A stretch of 63,662 nucleotides of DNA, filler included, from Collodictyon triciliatum (taxonomy: Eukaryota), in the NCBI GenBank assembly GCA_043381765.1. It is 55 parts of 55 records of this genome, joined end to end, with 100 filler letters (N's around TTAATTAATTAA, not from the genome) between each part and the next. Parts side by side here need not be neighbours in the genome. Positions count along the whole stretch, not along the records: positions 62,610 to 63,662 come from JBHJMP010012509.1; 54 more parts are not named here. The stretch is one strand, 5' to 3'. Position 1 is the first letter of the stretch. Every line of letters starts with the position of its first letter. Both the position numbers and the translations under genes were made by a program. Positions 63,644 to 63,662 of this stretch are shown here, piece by piece. Under the pieces are notes generated by a model, which had not been told where the DNA came from, made no database searches, and saw only the letters and a list, made by a program, of their open reading frames with translations.

Positions 63644-63662
63644 GCTTTTTTCTGTATTGATA

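Overview
This window is not a contiguous locus. It is 55 unplaced contigs of about 1053-1066 bp, in roughly descending length order, each joined by an artificial 100-nt linker (44 N + TTAATTAATTAA + 44 N). Adjacency between contigs therefore carries no biological meaning. The source looks like a microsatellite-rich, intron-rich, flagellated microbial eukaryote using the standard code. Host gene fragments recognisable from manually spliced exons include dynein-1 intermediate chain, the dynein-2 heavy chain C-terminus, CHMP5, WIPI3/4, PUS7, a myotubularin, LIG1, a probable GCN5, a four-domain Cav/Nav channel, and NACHT, TRIM, LRR, GAF-GAF and Rab-like proteins. The accessory content is the most interesting part. 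(1) Two decayed Fanzor (eukaryotic TnpB) 3' ends share a conserved, structure-preserving noncoding tail (candidate omegaRNA) that ends in a Helitron-like hairpin plus CTAG/CCAG. (2) Four contigs come from Polinton-like viruses (major capsid, minor capsid, TVpol-SF3 helicase, probable fibre), with a candidate bidirectional promoter motif. (3) Two L1/Tx1-like LINE families both end ORF2 in a PCNA-binding PIP box, which is a PIP degron in one family. (4) There is a complete tRNA-derived SINE with a LINE-derived tail and a 19-bp target-site duplication. All calls come from motif recognition by eye; no database searches were run.
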